IMG/VR virus record: IMGVR_UViG_3300045988_155182
Source of the DNA: a virus
Lineage: Duplodnaviria > Heunggongvirae > Uroviricota > Caudoviricetes
Strand: one strand, 5' to 3'
DNA length: 64,000 nt
The notes under the pieces were generated by a model. That model was given only the letters and a program-made list of their open reading frames with translations. It was not told the DNA's origin and made no database searches. Positions 28,350 through 39,077 of the stretch are shown here, one piece after another (positions within the stretch are counted from its first letter, which is position 1; each line of letters starts with the position of its first letter). The translations under genes were made by a program, and so were the position numbers.

Positions 28350-30458
28350 ATGTCTAAAAAACGTTCCATCAAAGAGGTTCAGGACTTCCGTGACAGTGTA
28401 AAACGAGTAGTCGCTCTCCTTTCAGGTAAAAACATCCCTGTTGCAGAACGAGGGGACGACGCTTATGTACGCTATAACGATGATGGAGAGCCAATTCTCG
28501 TAAACATCCCATCAATCCCGGATAACGCAACACCGGCATTGATGAATGCTGTGCGCGGATTTCTCGATCATGAGGTTGCTCACATTTTGTTTACCGATAT
28601 TCGTGTGTCCAACAAAATGAGAGAAAAAGGACGCGTTCCTTCCTGGTCGCTATGGAATGCCTTAGAAGACGTGTTCATCGAGCGAAAAATGGGTCAGGTC
28701 TTTAACGGAACAAGACGTAATCTGATGGCAACTCAGCGCCTTATAATCGAAAAAGTCTTTAAACCAAAGGCTTCAGAGGCTATTGCTTATTGTGGCAAAG
28801 ATCAGCGCGCGCTTTTTCTAAACTTCTTTCTCTGTCCGGTTGTAAGAGCCTGGGATGGCCAAGCACCGTTCGTAGACTTCATGGATGAATATTGGCCTGT
28901 CATTGAGAAACCAATTTCATTATTAAAAGAACATGGTATCGATGTGGCCGTGCGTAACATGTCTTGCACCGAGGATTGTGTAAAGGTGGCTGCGACCATA
29001 GCTAAGATCCTCAAAGACACTGAAAGTGAAAGCAAAGGTAAGGAGTCAGCTCCGGGAAAAACTTCCGATCCTTCAGACGCTGACCAGACGGATGCCTCTG
29101 GAGAAAACAATGAAGACAACGAAGATCATGAGACACCCTCATCGTTAGATAATCACAAATCTATTAAATCAGAGTCACATAGTAAGTACAAACATGATAA
29201 TAACGACAGTGATGACTCAGATAATCCTGAATCATCAGAAACAATATTCGATGATACAGAAAATGATAAAGCGGTATCAGATTCTGATGCTTCTGATAAC
29301 GCGGCGTCAGAATCATTAACCGCTGACCACGAAAAAAGAAAAACGACAGAAGACGGCTCTTCAGACATTCCAACTCCGTCAAAAATGAGTCTGGAAGAGG
29401 CTTTAGAGGAGTTGGATAGCATGGAAGATGAAGTCGGAGGCATGACAGAAGATGCGCTATCCGAAACGATTAAAAGCGAGTTAACAGAAAGCTCGAAAAG
29501 CGAATACAGGCCATACAATCGCTCATACGACTTCATCGGCTCGATTGATCAGGCAGAAGCCCATATCAAACGGCTTATTAAAACATTCTCCGATATTGAT
29601 TTAGGTGGATATCCAATCAGCCGTTATCGCATCGTTCCTGAAGGCAACCAACTCTTCGACAAATATATTGAAAAGCACCTTTCGTCAGGTGTTTCGTCGA
29701 CGCTGGCAAAAGACCTGGAACGTGCAATAGCAAGCAGAAACAGAGTTCAGTTTATACCTGGCCAGCGTCGGGGGCGCATTCATGGTTCAAGTATCTACAG
29801 ATTAACAATGAATGATGATCGCGTGTTTCGTAAAAAAGAAGAATCTAAAGCCGTTAACGCCTGTGTTCAACAAGTGATTGATTTATCGGGTTCAATGAGT
29901 GGCGAAACGATAAAACTAGCTCTTGCAAGTGCATATACCATCGCCGATGCACTTGATCGAATAAATGTTCCCAACATTATCACCGGCTTCACTACATTTG
30001 GCAGTCATATGGCAGCAGGAGAACTTAAGGCTATCAAATATGAGTTCTCTCGCTTTGAATCTTTAATGCTACCTATCATCAAAAATTGGAATGAAAAAGC
30101 AAATTCTCGCGAAGTTCGCTCACGTATGGGGTGCGTAGGCTACACATTCCCACTTCTTAATAACGTGGATGGTGAAAGCATAGCCAGCCTTGCATCGTTA
30201 TTTTCCGGTCGCTTGGAGGACAGGAAGATCATGCTTGTTCTGAGCGATGGCGCGCCGTGGGCTGTTGGGAGAGGTTTTGACGCCCATTTGCGGTCGGTTA
30301 CGAAGCAAATTGAAACGCAGACTGACATTGATTTGATGGCAATTGGCATCATGACTGATGCACCGGAGAGATTTTACGCAAATCATGCCCTGGTAACTAG
30401 TGTTGATAGTCTTGGTTCATCTGTAGTTACTGAACTATCTCGTATCATTTTGAAATAA
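28350..30458 (+). CDS. vWA-domain protein (CobT-like) with N-terminal HExxH motif and acidic linker
   Basis: MIDAS motif DLSGSMSG; HEVAH near the N-terminus; long Asp/Glu/Ser-rich low-complexity middle; paired with a downstream AAA ATPase. Confidence 0.55.
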   Translation: MSKKRSIKEVQDFRDSVKRVVALLSGKNIPVAERGDDAYVRYNDDGEPILVNIPSIPDNATPALMNAVRGFLDHEVAHILFTDIRVSNKMREKGRVPSWSLWNALEDVFIERKMGQVFNGTRRNLMATQRLIIEKVFKPKASEAIAYCGKDQRALFLNFFLCPVVRAWDGQAPFVDFMDEYWPVIEKPISLLKEHGIDVAVRNMSCTEDCVKVAATIAKILKDTESESKGKESAPGKTSDPSDADQTDASGENNEDNEDHETPSSLDNHKSIKSESHSKYKHDNNDSDDSDNPESSETIFDDTENDKAVSDSDASDNAASESLTADHEKRKTTEDGSSDIPTPSKMSLEEALEELDSMEDEVGGMTEDALSETIKSELTESSKSEYRPYNRSYDFIGSIDQAEAHIKRLIKTFSDIDLGGYPISRYRIVPEGNQLFDKYIEKHLSSGVSSTLAKDLERAIASRNRVQFIPGQRRGRIHGSSIYRLTMNDDRVFRKKEESKAVNACVQQVIDLSGSMSGETIKLALASAYTIADALDRINVPNIITGFTTFGSHMAAGELKAIKYEFSRFESLMLPIIKNWNEKANSREVRSRMGCVGYTFPLLNNVDGESIASLASLFSGRLEDRKIMLVLSDGAPWAVGRGFDAHLRSVTKQIETQTDIDLMAIGIMTDAPERFYANHALVTSVDSLGSSVVTELSRIILK

Positions 30459-30473
30459 TTAAAACAGCCTTAA

Positions 30474-30493
30474 TGATAAGTAACTACTTATCA
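30474..30493. promoter_or_regulatory. Perfect copy of the dispersed intergenic palindrome TGATAAGTA-AC-TACTTATCA
   Basis: 9-bp perfect inverted arms; lies between the vWA gene stop and the AAA gene. Confidence 0.5.
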
Positions 30494-30553
30494 TAGTTAA
30501 TGGTATATTTATATAAGAACTTGAACGCTCATTAGAGAACAAAGGAAAAGCGC

Positions 30554-31789
30554 ATGACTACTACTGCACTGCAAAATGATAAAAATCCTTCTGATTACCT
30601 TGTTTGCAAGTGGTGCGGCAAATCATTTCACTATTTTAAGTCCCATGTAGCCAATGGTAATTGCGAGGGCATTCCTGAGTCAGTAAAAAATGCCGATCCT
30701 GACACCGTACTGAAAATGTACACAACGCAGTTTCCAGATGAACCAACGCTATCGAAAAAGGCACTTGATGCAATTCAAGCTAAACGTGCCGAGCAAAAAA
30801 GCGAAATGGCGAAATCTTCTGGCTTGACCAGTAGCCCAGGCTACACAGGCACAGTTGAGTACAAGACAGATCTGGTCGCAGCTCACGAACTGCTAAACGT
30901 AACGGTGGAAGAACTCGGAACAAAACGTGGGACGCCGCTCATGGTTAGCGTCAACGTCAATACGCCGTATCCAGAGTTCGTTCCAGAAGTGAAGAAGGGC
31001 TACGTATATGGCGACTTCGAACTGATCAAAGATATTTTCATGATGCTTGAACTTGGCATACCTGGCTATTTGTGGGGTCATGCAGGAACAGGCAAATCGT
31101 CATTGCCTACACAGCTATGTGCTTTGCTCAATCGTCCGTTGATCCGTGCCCAACATACAGCATCAATGGAAGAGGCACATGTTACGGGGCAAATTCTGGC
31201 GCGTGATGGCTCTACGTATTTCGAGCCTGGCTTGCTTGCGCTCGCAATGAAGCATGGCTGGGTTTACCTCGCGGATGAATACGACTTTGCGTTTCCACAA
31301 ATTCTTGGCGTGTATCAGCCAGTGCTGGAAGGTGAGGCGTTGGTCATCAAAGAGGCAACTCCAGAATGGCGTCGCATTACTCCGCATGAACGGTTTGCTT
31401 TCATTGGCACTGGCAACACAAACGGTTCTGGTGATGAAACCGGCTTGTACCAGGGTACAAACATCCAGAACGCCGCGAACTTTTCGCGTTTTGGCATCGT
31501 TTCGAATGTGAAATACATGAGCAAAGAGGCAGAGATCAACATGTTGATAAATGCCGGTATCGTGGATGAATACGCAGAAAAGATGGTTAAGTTTGCCGGT
31601 ATCGTTCGCGATGGATACGAAGAACACCTTATCAGTCAGCCAATTGGCCCTCGTGAACTTTTGTTGTCGGCCAAGATTGGAATGATGCGAGGCGACTTTG
31701 TGACAGGTATTGAGCGTTCTTTCATTAACAAACTCCCTTCAGCTTCTGCACAAGCGGCTCGTGAAGTTGTTCAAAAAATATTTGGTTAA
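30554..31789 (+). CDS. AAA+ ATPase (CobS/MoxR-like)
   Basis: Walker A GHAGTGKSS; N-terminal Cys cluster CKWCGKS...C; conserved initiation context. Confidence 0.6.
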   Translation: MTTTALQNDKNPSDYLVCKWCGKSFHYFKSHVANGNCEGIPESVKNADPDTVLKMYTTQFPDEPTLSKKALDAIQAKRAEQKSEMAKSSGLTSSPGYTGTVEYKTDLVAAHELLNVTVEELGTKRGTPLMVSVNVNTPYPEFVPEVKKGYVYGDFELIKDIFMMLELGIPGYLWGHAGTGKSSLPTQLCALLNRPLIRAQHTASMEEAHVTGQILARDGSTYFEPGLLALAMKHGWVYLADEYDFAFPQILGVYQPVLEGEALVIKEATPEWRRITPHERFAFIGTGNTNGSGDETGLYQGTNIQNAANFSRFGIVSNVKYMSKEAEINMLINAGIVDEYAEKMVKFAGIVRDGYEEHLISQPIGPRELLLSAKIGMMRGDFVTGIERSFINKLPSASAQAAREVVQKIFG

Positions 31790-31969
31790 TCGTGCGTAAA
31801 GGATGTTTCGGCTCTCTTATCGCTGCTTCTGAAACTGGCAAGGCTTGTCTGGGGTGTCCAGACAAGCCCGATTGTCACCAATCAGCAAAAGAAGTTGCGA
31901 TTTCGATGTATGGGAAGTTCGTAGGCTTCCCCAATGACAAAATCAAAAAAACCAGAAAGGTAAAAACAC

Positions 31970-34900
31970 ATGAAGGCACTGATGGTTCGAACTGACTTCT
32001 CACTTGGGGAGTCGGCTCTAAAAGCAGAAAACGCGGTGAAGATTGCCAGAGAAGCTGGCTACACCGCTGTAATTTCAGCAGATAGCATGAATATTGCAAG
32101 TGTTATTCCACTACAACGTGCCGCTGGTGACGACATGGCGGTTATTTGTGGTGTGAAACTAAACATTGTTGATGATCCCACATACGAGCACCGGGCTAAA
32201 CTTGCTAAAGAATCTATGAGATGTATGGAATCATTAGAGCGGGGACGTAACTACTCGTTTACCGCTCTAATTAAAAATGAGCAAGGATATCGCGACATCT
32301 GCGAACTAATGACGGCGGCCAACACACGAGAACAGTTCTACTTTGTACCGCGTCTCTCGCTCGAACAGTTGGTTTCTACATATGCCAAAGGCAACATCAT
32401 CCTGCTTACTTCCGACATCGGTAGCGTGTTCCAACGCAACGATTTTGCAAAAATCATAAGCACACTGATTACAGCGGGTGGAAAAGACAACTTCTATAGT
32501 GTGGTTTATCCGCATCCTACCCCATTCTACGACCAGATTAACGTCCGGGCGATGAAAGTCGCCAGCGCATTGAAAATAGAGCCAGTGGCGTTCTATCCCG
32601 CTTATTACGAATCGATCGACGATGCAGACATTAAAGACATTGCGCACATGGTTACGAACAACATCAAAATCGACCAGCCGCATCGTCTGCGTATCCCCCA
32701 CCAGCGAGATAACGCCGTCAATGGTCGCCGCCATCTCCTTGAGGCGCTTAAAGCCTTCTCCGTTCGCATGGATGTGCCGGTAACAGCTGCAATGGCCTCA
32801 ACAACGCAGGATACCATTATCGATGCCTGCACATGGCGCTGGCATGAATTGCCGCCAGCACTGCCAAAGATGGCAGACGACGAGCCTGCAACGCTTATGA
32901 AACTGGCTGTTGCAGGGCTGCGTAAACGTCTTACCACAAAAGAGTTTGGATACACACCACCTGCTTCAGAGAACAGGGTTTATGTTGAGCGGCTAAAGTA
33001 CGAAATGGACACGCTGACTCGCCTGGGATTTTGTGGTTACTTCCTGATGGTACGCGATCTGATGAATCATAGTCGTGAAACTGGCATTCCCGTTGGGCCT
33101 GGTCGTGGTTCCTCTGCCGGTTCTCTGGTGGCGTGGTGCATAGGCATAACCAACGTCGACCCAATCCGTCACGGTCTTCTGTTTGAGCGTTTCATCAACC
33201 CTGAGCGTCTCGACTTGCCGGATGCGGACTTGGACTTCAGCCAGGCACGTCGCCATGAGGTGATCGAGTATCTGAATGAACGCTACGGCGAAGATTACGT
33301 TGCGGGTATTCCGAACTTCACCTACCTGGGCGCAGCCTCTGCACTACGTGATACCGCTCGTATTTATGGTGTGGAGTCCGCAGATATGGCGGTATCAAAA
33401 GAACTGAAGAACGCTGAGGATGATAGCCTTCCATTGGAAGAACTGCGCGAACAACTGGCAAGTCTCGACAAATACGCAACAAAATATCCTGATGCATTCA
33501 ATGCAGCCTGCAAGTTACAAAGCCTTATGCGTGGCTTTGGTAGACATGCGGCAGGGATGATCGTAGCAGGTGTTCCTCTGACAGAACGTACACCGGTTGA
33601 GCGCCGTGGTGACGCGCGTTGTATCGCATTTGACAAGCGTTACTGCGAGGCTATGGGCCTAATTAAGCTGGACGTGCTTGGCCTGGCAACTCTCGATTTG
33701 CTCGATAGTGCAAAACGCTACATAAAAGAGAACACAGGTGAAGATATCAATCTTGATGCCATTTCTCTTGAAGATCGCAAGGTGCTGGATGGTTTTGCTG
33801 CTGGGTACACTCAAGGTGTTTTCCAGCTTGAATCAGGCCCAATGCGCAAGCTGCTTAAAGATTTAGGTGGTGGAATTGAGCCAATGAGCTTTAAAACGGT
33901 CGTCGCTACAACTGCGCTCTTCCGGCCGGGGCCAATTCAATCAGGCATGTTGGATGACTATGTTTCTGTCGCCAAAGGCTTTATGACGCCGGAATCATTA
34001 CACCCCGTTCTTGATGAACTTACCGCGGAAACAAATGGCGTGATTCTCTATCAGGAACAGACGATGAACGCGACTCGATTGCTTGCCGGCTTCACAATGG
34101 CTGAAGCTGACGCTGTGCGTTCCGCAATCGGTAAGAAGAACATGGAAAAAATGAAGAGCATGGGCGAGAAGTTCATCGTTCAGGCTCAAGCTGGCTGGAT
34201 AGACGTTGAGCTGGAAGATGGCACTACACAGCGCATTCACCGTGCGGAACATTTTAAATGCGAAGACGGAACTCTGAAAACTGTCGAAGAGGCACTTGAG
34301 CACGGCGCAAAACTACCTATAAACGCAGTACGCGTTACAGCGTCACATCCAGGGCTATCAGAGATGAAAGCGAAGGAGATCTGGACCGCATTTGAGAAAA
34401 ACGGAGCCTATCAGTTCAATAAATCACACTCCGTTGCTTATTCTTTAATCAGTTATCAGTCTATGTGGCTAAAGACGCACTACCCTGCTGAGTTCTTCGC
34501 AGCTGCGCTCACCATTCTGGGCGAGGATAAGCATCAGGGGCTGGTGAAGGATGCGCTGACCTATGGCATTCGCGTATTGCCACCAGACGTTAATGTGTCA
34601 TCTAACCGAATTGAGATCCGCACACTCGAAGACGGCAGTCAGGCACTGTATGCGCCATTCTCTGCTGTGAAAGGCTGTTCTGAAAATGGTTGTCAGGCAA
34701 TTATGCGTGCGCGTGAGAAAGTTGGTGGCAAATTCGAGTCAGTGGCACAATTCGATGAAGCGGTCGAGAAGCGTGCATGTAACAGTCGTGTACGCGAGTC
34801 GCTTCATAAAGTAGGGGCTTTTGCGTCAATTGAGCCAGGCAGTCTGCCAGCAACTGATCCTGAACGACTGCGCGACCAGGCTGAGCTGATGGGCAATCTC

Positions 34901-35488
34901 ATCATTGACGCTGTTAAAGCATCACGTCCGTTCGAAATGAATCCTAAGCGTTCTGCCGAAATCAACGTACTCATGACACGTATGGCGGCTGAAATGGGCT
35001 TGGGTGAGGAGTTGATACGCCCGACTATTGGTATTAAACCCAAAATCATGATCATTCTGGACAATGCGAACGGCAATGACGCTCGTACCGGCTACTTCAT
35101 GGAGAACGGATACGACGACTTTAAGGCAAAACTACTGACAGTTGGAGATCTGCGCATGGGCGATCTTTATGTCACGGGTGTTTGTAAGAAGGTTAAGGAC
35201 AAAGAGAAAGACTATACCAAAGACGAGATAGGCCAGTTCACAGACTTTATGCGGGAAGAAATTAATCTTGTACGACCAACCTACATTTTGACGTGTGGTA
35301 GTCGTTCAACCGCACTATTTAACAATAAGAGTAAACCATCAGATCTGATTGGTCGTAAGGAGTACTTCCCAGAGCTTGATGCAACCGTCTTCTACGGATT
35401 TAACCCGAATATCCTGTACTTCCGACCGGAAGAAGGAGAGCGACTGGAGGCCATTCTGGCTGATATCGCGGAGACAATGAATAAGTAA
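31970..35488 (+). CDS. dnaE: DNA polymerase III alpha-type replicative polymerase (DnaE family, PHP + polymerase core)
   Basis: 1172 aa; signature GPGRGSSAGSLVAWCIGITNVDPI and other DnaE-like blocks; AAAGGTAAAAACACATG start context. Confidence 0.85.
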   Translation: MKALMVRTDFSLGESALKAENAVKIAREAGYTAVISADSMNIASVIPLQRAAGDDMAVICGVKLNIVDDPTYEHRAKLAKESMRCMESLERGRNYSFTALIKNEQGYRDICELMTAANTREQFYFVPRLSLEQLVSTYAKGNIILLTSDIGSVFQRNDFAKIISTLITAGGKDNFYSVVYPHPTPFYDQINVRAMKVASALKIEPVAFYPAYYESIDDADIKDIAHMVTNNIKIDQPHRLRIPHQRDNAVNGRRHLLEALKAFSVRMDVPVTAAMASTTQDTIIDACTWRWHELPPALPKMADDEPATLMKLAVAGLRKRLTTKEFGYTPPASENRVYVERLKYEMDTLTRLGFCGYFLMVRDLMNHSRETGIPVGPGRGSSAGSLVAWCIGITNVDPIRHGLLFERFINPERLDLPDADLDFSQARRHEVIEYLNERYGEDYVAGIPNFTYLGAASALRDTARIYGVESADMAVSKELKNAEDDSLPLEELREQLASLDKYATKYPDAFNAACKLQSLMRGFGRHAAGMIVAGVPLTERTPVERRGDARCIAFDKRYCEAMGLIKLDVLGLATLDLLDSAKRYIKENTGEDINLDAISLEDRKVLDGFAAGYTQGVFQLESGPMRKLLKDLGGGIEPMSFKTVVATTALFRPGPIQSGMLDDYVSVAKGFMTPESLHPVLDELTAETNGVILYQEQTMNATRLLAGFTMAEADAVRSAIGKKNMEKMKSMGEKFIVQAQAGWIDVELEDGTTQRIHRAEHFKCEDGTLKTVEEALEHGAKLPINAVRVTASHPGLSEMKAKEIWTAFEKNGAYQFNKSHSVAYSLISYQSMWLKTHYPAEFFAAALTILGEDKHQGLVKDALTYGIRVLPPDVNVSSNRIEIRTLEDGSQALYAPFSAVKGCSENGCQAIMRAREKVGGKFESVAQFDEAVEKRACNSRVRESLHKVGAFASIEPGSLPATDPERLRDQAELMGNLIIDAVKASRPFEMNPKRSAEINVLMTRMAAEMGLGEELIRPTIGIKPKIMIILDNANGNDARTGYFMENGYDDFKAKLLTVGDLRMGDLYVTGVCKKVKDKEKDYTKDEIGQFTDFMREEINLVRPTYILTCGSRSTALFNNKSKPSDLIGRKEYFPELDATVFYGFNPNILYFRPEEGERLEAILADIAETMNK

Positions 35489-35494
35489 TAAAGA

Positions 35495-35516
35495 AAACCC
35501 GCCTGTTGGCGGGTTT
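35495..35516. terminator. Hairpin terminator after dnaE
   Basis: aaacccgcc-tgtt-ggcgggttt. Confidence 0.55.
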
Positions 35517-35791
35517 ATAAAGAATTATGGCGCTTGTTGAGGAAGTCACTCCTCTTACGCACTTTGTTTTGCCATGCCGGCAGTTAGCTTCTGCCTTTGA
35601 CTATTCATGCGGCAACCCCGCATTTCGCCACAATGGGCAATTCACTTTTATGGAATAAACTGGCCGTTGTGTCGATTTAATTAGCATGGCCTTACCATGC
35701 TAATTTATTCAACTTGTACAATCCTACAAATCTATCCACTCAGGCTTACACCGTCTTCGTTATTGTAGAAATGAGGATCATCAGCGTTGAA

Positions 35792-36007
35792 TCAGCTTAG
35801 AGCAACGACATTTGCTGCTGCTGGGCCTTTAGCACCATTCTCGATAGAGAATTCGACCTGCTGGCCTTCTTCCAAAGTGCGGAAATTATTACTCTGAATT
35901 GCCGAAAAATGTACAAAAACATCTTTACTGCCATCAGCAGGAGAAATAAAGCCAAAGCCTTTATCAGAGTTAAACCATTTTACTAAACCAGTCATTTTAT
36001 TAGACAT
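35792..36007 (-). CDS. cspA: Cold-shock protein (CspA family)
   Basis: [38 protein letters not shown]... closely matches E. coli CspA from memory; AAGG RBS; the track start at 36103 is an upstream in-frame extension. Confidence 0.9.
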   Translation of the reverse strand: MSNKMTGLVKWFNSDKGFGFISPADGSKDVFVHFSAIQSNNFRTLEEGQQVEFSIENGAKGPAAANVVALS

Positions 36008-36311
36008 AGATATTACCTTCTTAATTTTGTGAGCCACATAGTGCGGCGAGAATTTGATCTGTATAGATTGGGACTTACTTAGGCACTTAAGGAGGAGACT
36101 CACGAAGAAGGGAAATCAGAAGATAACACTGAACTGAGACTGCTTTACTAAAACTGCTTACATAAGGTCTGTCTTGCAAACCAACGATGCTATTAACGCA
36201 TACCCCTTCTTTTCATGCAACCTTTATTTTTCAAAGATAACTAATTTTTGTCACCATTGGTTTAGTAAACGTTAACGAACCAGACGATGCCAGACACCTT
36301 TACAGAGAACA

Positions 36312-36335
36312 GATGCCCGCCAATTGGCGGGCATC
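36312..36335. terminator. Hairpin terminator downstream of the minus-strand gene pair
   Basis: gatgcccgcc-aatt-ggcgggcatc, 10-bp stem. Confidence 0.5.
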
Positions 36336-36336
36336 A

Positions 36337-36900
36337 TTATGCGCATTTCGCAATATCTTTGCGGCGTTTAATCAGTTTCTCCGCAATTTGCTCTATTTCG
36401 TTGAAATCTTTCGAGACGCTGTTTCGAAGCGCCAGATTCCATTTACTCAAAGTTCGGGCATTTTGGACAATTTGATCGCCCTCTTTAAGTCGTCCGTTAT
36501 TCATGAGCCATTCAGCCACATCAGCCCAATCCCAGAGAGGAGACTGGCCTTTTATGCGTTGTACAGGGCAAGGGAAGTCGCCGCTTCCGCGCTTACCGTC
36601 TTTGAGCAACGCCACTGCCTGGCGAGACAGGTCTGTCAGTTCCGCGATATCACTTAAGCCCACAAGAGCCGAGTCGACGGATTCAACAATTGCACCGATA
36701 CCGGCTGATTCAATATTGTCGACCGCAGATGCGATAGCTGCATCAAGTGATTGTGCTTCGCGGTCAAATTCTACATAGACGGAGTTTCCATATGCGCAAA
36801 TTAGCGCATCGTCACAGCCGTTTTGGTACAGCGCGTCTTCCAGTCCTTCCGTCTCATACGATACGCCTGAGAGCGTCAGAGTGAAGTTATAAAGCGCCAT
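36337..36900 (-). CDS. Hypothetical protein (second gene of a two-gene minus-strand cassette)
   Basis: AGGA RBS before the ATG at 36900 (MALYNFTLTL...); 187 aa. Confidence 0.5.
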   Translation of the reverse strand: MALYNFTLTLSGVSYETEGLEDALYQNGCDDALICAYGNSVYVEFDREAQSLDAAIASAVDNIESAGIGAIVESVDSALVGLSDIAELTDLSRQAVALLKDGKRGSGDFPCPVQRIKGQSPLWDWADVAEWLMNNGRLKEGDQIVQNARTLSKWNLALRNSVSKDFNEIEQIAEKLIKRRKDIAKCA

Positions 36901-36960
36901 AGTTTTCCTTTGAAGATAGTTGGACAGTTTCTGCAAAAGGCGGCTAATGCCGCCTTGAAA

Positions 36961-37185
36961 TCATTTACAACGATCAACCATTCGTTTGATCTGTTTGGCA
37001 TGGTTTTCGGGATTACCCGGAGTCGACCATACGCTCATTTGGTGAGTTTTGTGTTCACCTTCTGGATTACCGCATCGCAGTCTGCAAAAACAATGTGCAG
37101 CACCACCAGCAGCTACCCAGATCCAGCCTTTACTTAATGCATAGTCAATGGCTGCTTGAATATGCTTATTCGGATGTTGCTTCAT
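36961..37185 (-). CDS. Hypothetical Cys/His-rich small protein (first gene of the cassette)
   Basis: 74 aa with H..C.C..RCGNP...H; 24 nt upstream of the partner. Confidence 0.4.
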   Translation of the reverse strand: MKQHPNKHIQAAIDYALSKGWIWVAAGGAAHCFCRLRCGNPEGEHKTHQMSVWSTPGNPENHAKQIKRMVDRCK

Positions 37186-37439
37186 TCGCCTCCGATAATA
37201 GTATTCTATTCACAGTGTTGACATCTGTCAACGGCGACTGAATTTCATCCGTTCATGCCACACCCCCATCCATCTCATGTATGTGACCTAAAGATGGTCA
37301 GCACAGCTTACCAAAATAAGACAACTAATTATCTTCGGTGATCTCAATATTTTCCCCTGAACAAAGTTGACATGACGCCATAAACCCGTTCTCTGTTTGA
37401 TATAATTGATACAGATTTTATAAGTAGGAACCTATTAGA

Positions 37440-37871
37440 GTGAACACTGATATTTTTTCTAAAATCATGGCCGATCTGGAGTTCGACCGCGACAACCTTG
37501 AGGAAGTATGGCGTAAACAGCCACGGCTTTTAATGGAGTATGGGTCAAAACTAGCGCAGGCAGATCGAGATGTCGCAGAGGCAAAACTTAACCTTGAAGC
37601 TGTTGAAGCAAAGCTATACGACACAGAGCGTAAGAACTTGAGTATGAACGGCATTAAGTTCAACGAGTCTGTACTGGACGCTAAGGTTAAAACAAACCCA
37701 CAGTATCTGTCTAAACGGCAGAAGTTGGATGAAGCACGGCACATCGCAGACATATACAAACATGCTGTCGCCGCCTTTTCGCATCGCCGAGACATGATCG
37801 TTCAGGCGTCAAAGATGGCCATCGTTGAATTAGAGCGATTAGGCTCTGAACGCTTTATTACTCCCCGTTGA
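37440..37871 (+). CDS. Hypothetical protein
   Basis: 143-aa ORF; start uncertain (GTG 37440 or ATG 37467). Confidence 0.4.
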   Translation: MNTDIFSKIMADLEFDRDNLEEVWRKQPRLLMEYGSKLAQADRDVAEAKLNLEAVEAKLYDTERKNLSMNGIKFNESVLDAKVKTNPQYLSKRQKLDEARHIADIYKHAVAAFSHRRDMIVQASKMAIVELERLGSERFITPR

Positions 37872-37988
37872 TTTTTGATAGATAATAAGTAAGTACTGAT
37901 CTATCATTTAACAGCTCGAAAGAGCCACGAATGAACGAAAGCCCAACGCGCATAGCGCCATCGGCCAAATCACAACAAGGAGAAACAC

Positions 37989-39017
37989 ATGTCTAAGACA
38001 TTACTTGATTTGCTTAACAAAACTCGTGAAGACATTGCCGCCAAACGTGGTAACAACGTTGATCTGACTCGCTTAAAAGATGGCGTCAACTATATCCGTA
38101 TCTTCCCGAATAAGGACGACCCAAACGGTAAGTTCTTCCAGACTTTCGGTATGCACTACGTTAAGTATCAGAACGAGGACGGTAAAGAAGCCACCAACGC
38201 TTATATTTGTGAGCAACATACTCACGGTCGCGCTTGTCAGCTATGCGAAATGGTGATGGAAGGTCGCGCTCGTCACAAGGGTAACAAAGCAATGGAAGAG
38301 CGCATCGGCCAAATGCGCGCCACTCCTCGCTACCTGGTCAATGGCATTCTTTCTGCTCGTGAGGATTTCGCAGATGCTGAGAAATGCCAGTTAATCGAGC
38401 TGCCGTCTACTGTATTCGATGATATCTGCAAAGCAATCACCGAAGACATCGCTGATGATATCGGCAATCCACTGAGCAAAGAGGAAGGCTACGCATTCCT
38501 GATTAAACGTACTGGCTCTGGTCGCGATACCAAATATGACGTCTCGCCTAAGCGTAAAGTCTACAAAGGCGATATCGAAGATAAATTCTGGAACACCCAG
38601 CATGATCTGATCGCATACGCAAATCAGGCTGATGAAACTCGTCTTCTGTCGACAGTTCGCACTATGGGTCGTCTGATTGGCATCGCTGCACCAACTGCCG
38701 CAGCATCTGCACCAGCAATTTCCTCAACCGCGAAAACATCGGCTGCGGCACTACCTGGATTTGGCTCTGTCACTGGTCATACAGAAGGAGCGACGGCTGT
38801 AGCAACCGCGCACACACCGGCTTCTGAACCAACCAGTCTGGTTGATGAAGAAATCCTCCGTGCCGTTGAAACTGAATTTAAACCAGAGGCAAGTTCCGCT
38901 GCCGTTGCCGTATCAGTCAAAGAGTCTGAAGCAGTCGCAGCGACATCTGTAGCAACCGCATCTGCGACGGAAGATGAAGGTCTGGATGACCTACTGAGAG
39001 AGCTGGACTCTCTGTAA
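37989..39017 (+). CDS. Single-stranded DNA-binding protein (T4 gp32-like)
   Basis: Zn-binding His/Cys cluster CEQHTHGRACQLCEM; IRIFPNKDD block; Ala/Ser-rich linker and acidic C-terminal tail EDEGLDDLLRELDSL. Confidence 0.65.
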   Translation: MSKTLLDLLNKTREDIAAKRGNNVDLTRLKDGVNYIRIFPNKDDPNGKFFQTFGMHYVKYQNEDGKEATNAYICEQHTHGRACQLCEMVMEGRARHKGNKAMEERIGQMRATPRYLVNGILSAREDFADAEKCQLIELPSTVFDDICKAITEDIADDIGNPLSKEEGYAFLIKRTGSGRDTKYDVSPKRKVYKGDIEDKFWNTQHDLIAYANQADETRLLSTVRTMGRLIGIAAPTAAASAPAISSTAKTSAAALPGFGSVTGHTEGATAVATAHTPASEPTSLVDEEILRAVETEFKPEASSAAVAVSVKESEAVAATSVATASATEDEGLDDLLRELDSL

Positions 39018-39032
39018 TCCCATTACGTGACC

Positions 39033-39062
39033 AGTAAGGCGTCTACGGACGCCTTACTTTTT
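39033..39062 (+). terminator. Rho-independent terminator after the SSB gene
   Basis: agtaaggcgtc-tacg-gacgccttact then ttttt. Confidence 0.75.
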
Positions 39063-39077
39063 GGAAGGAATGTACCG

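Noticed and set aside
31792-31995. 67-aa Cys-rich ORF between the AAA ATPase and dnaE
   Set aside because: The only in-frame full-length start is a GTG 2 nt after the upstream stop with no RBS, and it overlaps the well-supported dnaE start; possibly a small zinc-ribbon protein but not supportable.
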